From contig JAJRZC010000398.1 in NCBI GenBank assembly GCA_024275435.1, forward strand, positions 1-29,299: DNA of 29,299 nucleotides. The letters are read 5' to 3'. The notes under the pieces are model-generated. The model made no database searches. It worked only from the letters and a program-made list of their open reading frames with translations, and was not told where the DNA came from. The translations under genes were made by a program, and so were the position numbers. Source of the stretch: Alphaproteobacteria bacterium. GTDB lineage: Bacteria; Pseudomonadota; Alphaproteobacteria; Rhizobiales; Hyphomicrobiaceae. Of the stretch, positions 27,862 to 29,299 are shown piece by piece; position 1 is the first letter of the stretch, and each line of letters begins with the position of its first letter.

Positions 27862-28113
27862 GAGCCGCCCCGCGTCGGGCTTGACGCCCGACTTCGACCC
27901 TAAATGGGTCTATTGATTGCCGGTTCTCATCTTAAAGAGAACCGACCACTGCGGCCGCCCCCAAGAGCGTGTGCTCTTACGAGCTCTGGCGGCCTTGCCC
28001 TCTTAGATAAAATGTCCTTGAAAGAAAAAGTCGGTCCTCTCGTCTTTAATCAAGAAACCCAATCGGGTTTCGGGTCGAAGTCGGCCGGCTGCGCGCGTCC
28101 GACGCGGGGCGGC
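27862..28113. mobile_element. MITE/RIME-like palindromic element, ~250 bp, with ~40-bp terminal inverted repeats that each form a hairpin
   Basis: Left arm gagccgccccgcgtcgggcttgacgcccgacttcgaccc (27862-27900) is the reverse complement of the right arm gggtcgaagtcggccggctgcgcgcgtccgacgcggggcggc (28072-28113). Two blocks match perfectly: gccgccccgcgtcgg (15 nt) and ccgacttcgaccc (13 nt). Each arm also folds on itself (GTCGGGC-ttgac-GCCCGAC). There are internal palindromes (ggttctc atcttaaa gagaacc). No plausible ORF; the two six-frame ORFs inside are rejected. Confidence 0.5.
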
Positions 28114-28407
28114 GTTCTTGTAATTCCTTTCGATGAGCTTGCGAACAATCGCGTGTTTGAGCGCGGGAGAAAATTCGTGCCTGTGAAGTCTGCTAGAATG
28201 GATTAGGCTCGGGAACATTTTTGTCGTGAGCCACAAATTCTCGCGAGCAGAAGCGAGCCTCGGTAAGCGGGCGGGACGGATGAACGGGAAAAGAGTTCTC
28301 GGCAGAAGCTCAATGTCCTGCCCGATCCCGCCGCGAAGATCAGCACATCTTCGCCCGCCATTTAGCCAGTGCAGCCGAATGCAGCGATGCCGTGGCTCGC
28401 TTTCAAC

Positions 28408-29299
28408 CATGAGCAAACTTGATCTTCAAAAAGTCCTGTATCTCGGCATGCGCCAAGACGAACCTGTTGGTATCTCCCCCCCTGATCGCGCCCGCCATCT
28501 TTACGTCATCGGCCAGACTGGCACCGGCAAATCAACACTTCTTGAAAACCTGATTGCGCAGGACCTGGCTTTGGGCCGCGGTTGCGCGCTTCTCGATCCG
28601 CACGGCGATCTGTCGGAGGCGGCCGCCTCAATGCTGCCCACGCATCGTGGCGATCACCTCGTCTATTTCGACCCCTCGGACCTCGCTCGCCCCATTGGTT
28701 TTAATCTTCTCTCACATGTTCCCGAAGACGACCGGCCGTTGATTGCCGATGGTGTGGTGGCGGCCTTCCGTGCCATCTGGCCGGAATTTTGGGGGCCTCG
28801 GCTTGAGCACATTTTCGCCCATGCCGTTAGAACATTGATGGACGTGCCAAATGCCACGCTTCTTTCCCTCCCCCGCCTGTTGCAAGATGAAGCCTATCGG
28901 GCGGAGTGCGTGCGTTTCGTCCGCGACGCGATCGTGCGCGCCTTCTGGACGCACGAATTCGCCGCCTACCCGCCGAAGTTCCGCGAGGAAGCGATAGCGC
29001 CTGTTTTGAACAAGGTCGGGCGCGTTCTGATGACGCCGGCCATTCGCAATATTATCGCGCAACCCAAAAGCACGATCGATCTGCGCTTCATGATGGATAA
29101 TAGCCGCGTGCTGATTGCAAACCTGTCCAAAGGCGCGCTTGGCGAAGGCCCCGCCCATCTTCTCGGCGCGCTTCTTGTCACTGCCCTTGCCCAGGCGGCG
29201 TTATCGCGACGGGATATGCCGAAGCACGAACGCCACCCGTTTCATCTCTATGTGGACGAGTTCCAGAGCTTTGCCACCACTGGCTTTTCGCTCATCTTG
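28408..29299 (+). pseudogene. TrwB/TraD/VirD4-family type IV coupling-protein-like P-loop ATPase, apparently frameshifted in a T-run near codon 31; 3' end beyond the window
   Basis: Frame from ATG 28408: MSKLDLQKVLYLGMRQDEPVGISPPDRARHL, then a stop 16 codons later. After one extra T in catcTTTTacg (~28498-28501), the +1 frame reads (I)FYVIGQTGTGKSTLLENLIAQDLALGRGCALLDPHGDL... and stays open for 267 codons to the window end, including ...HPFHLYVDEFQSF (Walker B-like). This matches R388 TrwB HLLVNGATGTGKSVLLRELAYTGLLRGDRMVIVDPNGDM almost position by position. With three T's the two parts join as ...RARHLYVIGQTGTGKST. Alternative: an intact gene starting at TTG 28418 or 28466 in the second frame. 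Confidence 0.55.

Noticed and set aside
27904-28416. Two overlapping ORFs (100 aa on the + strand, 137 aa on the - strand) inside and next to the palindromic element
   Set aside because: They lie within GC-rich inverted repeats and have Arg/Pro/Gly-rich, low-complexity translations. They overlap each other and the element's arms. Composition-driven.
28712-29158. 148-aa minus-strand ORF
   Set aside because: It is antisense to the much better supported coupling-protein reading frame (Walker A, DPHGD, Walker B-like). It has an Arg/Ala-rich composition typical of antisense frames in GC-rich coding DNA.
1-29299. CRISPR arrays, rRNA genes, intact IS/transposase or integrase genes
   Set aside because: No regularly spaced direct repeats and no rRNA-like segments. 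No ORF with a transposase or integrase signature (DDE, R-H-R-Y) was found; the only mobile-type signals are those reported at 26.7-29.3 kb.

Overview
This 29.3-kb window looks alphaproteobacterial (Rhizobiales/Hyphomicrobiales-like gene content and synteny, GC roughly 50%). It has three parts. (1) Positions 1-17.7 kb are a dense, conserved housekeeping backbone: the 5' part of a parC/gyrA-family topoisomerase gene, the recO-era-rnc-lepB operon, pdxJ, a DUF2062 membrane protein, rsh (relA/spoT), rpoZ, an overlapping NYN/LabA-like plus uracil-DNA-glycosylase-superfamily pair, a redoxin-like protein, smpB, dapA, an Slt-family lytic transglycosylase and an alpha/beta hydrolase. (2) Positions 17.8-26.5 kb carry five minus-strand envelope/signalling genes in a row: a membrane-anchored, low-complexity protein with two ~65-aa helix-hairpin-helix-like repeats; a large protein with BON-like repeats, a coiled coil and an OmpA C-terminal domain; a TM-HAMP-PAS-GGDEF-EAL protein; and an SPFH/band-7 protein. 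(3) Positions 26.7-29.3 kb look like the edge of an integrated or decaying mobile region. It holds two directly abutting non-canonical tRNA-like genes, a canonical tRNA-Arg(CCU), short tandem direct repeats, an ~89% purine tract, a ~250-bp palindromic MITE-like element with ~40-bp terminal inverted repeats, and a TrwB/VirD4-like type IV coupling-protein ATPase gene that appears frameshifted in a T-run and runs off the window. No CRISPR array, rRNA or intact IS/transposase was seen. Coordinates picked by hand (starts, tRNAs, repeats) are good to about +/-2 nt. Several ORF-track starts are TTG/GTG codons, and alternative ATG starts are given where relevant.
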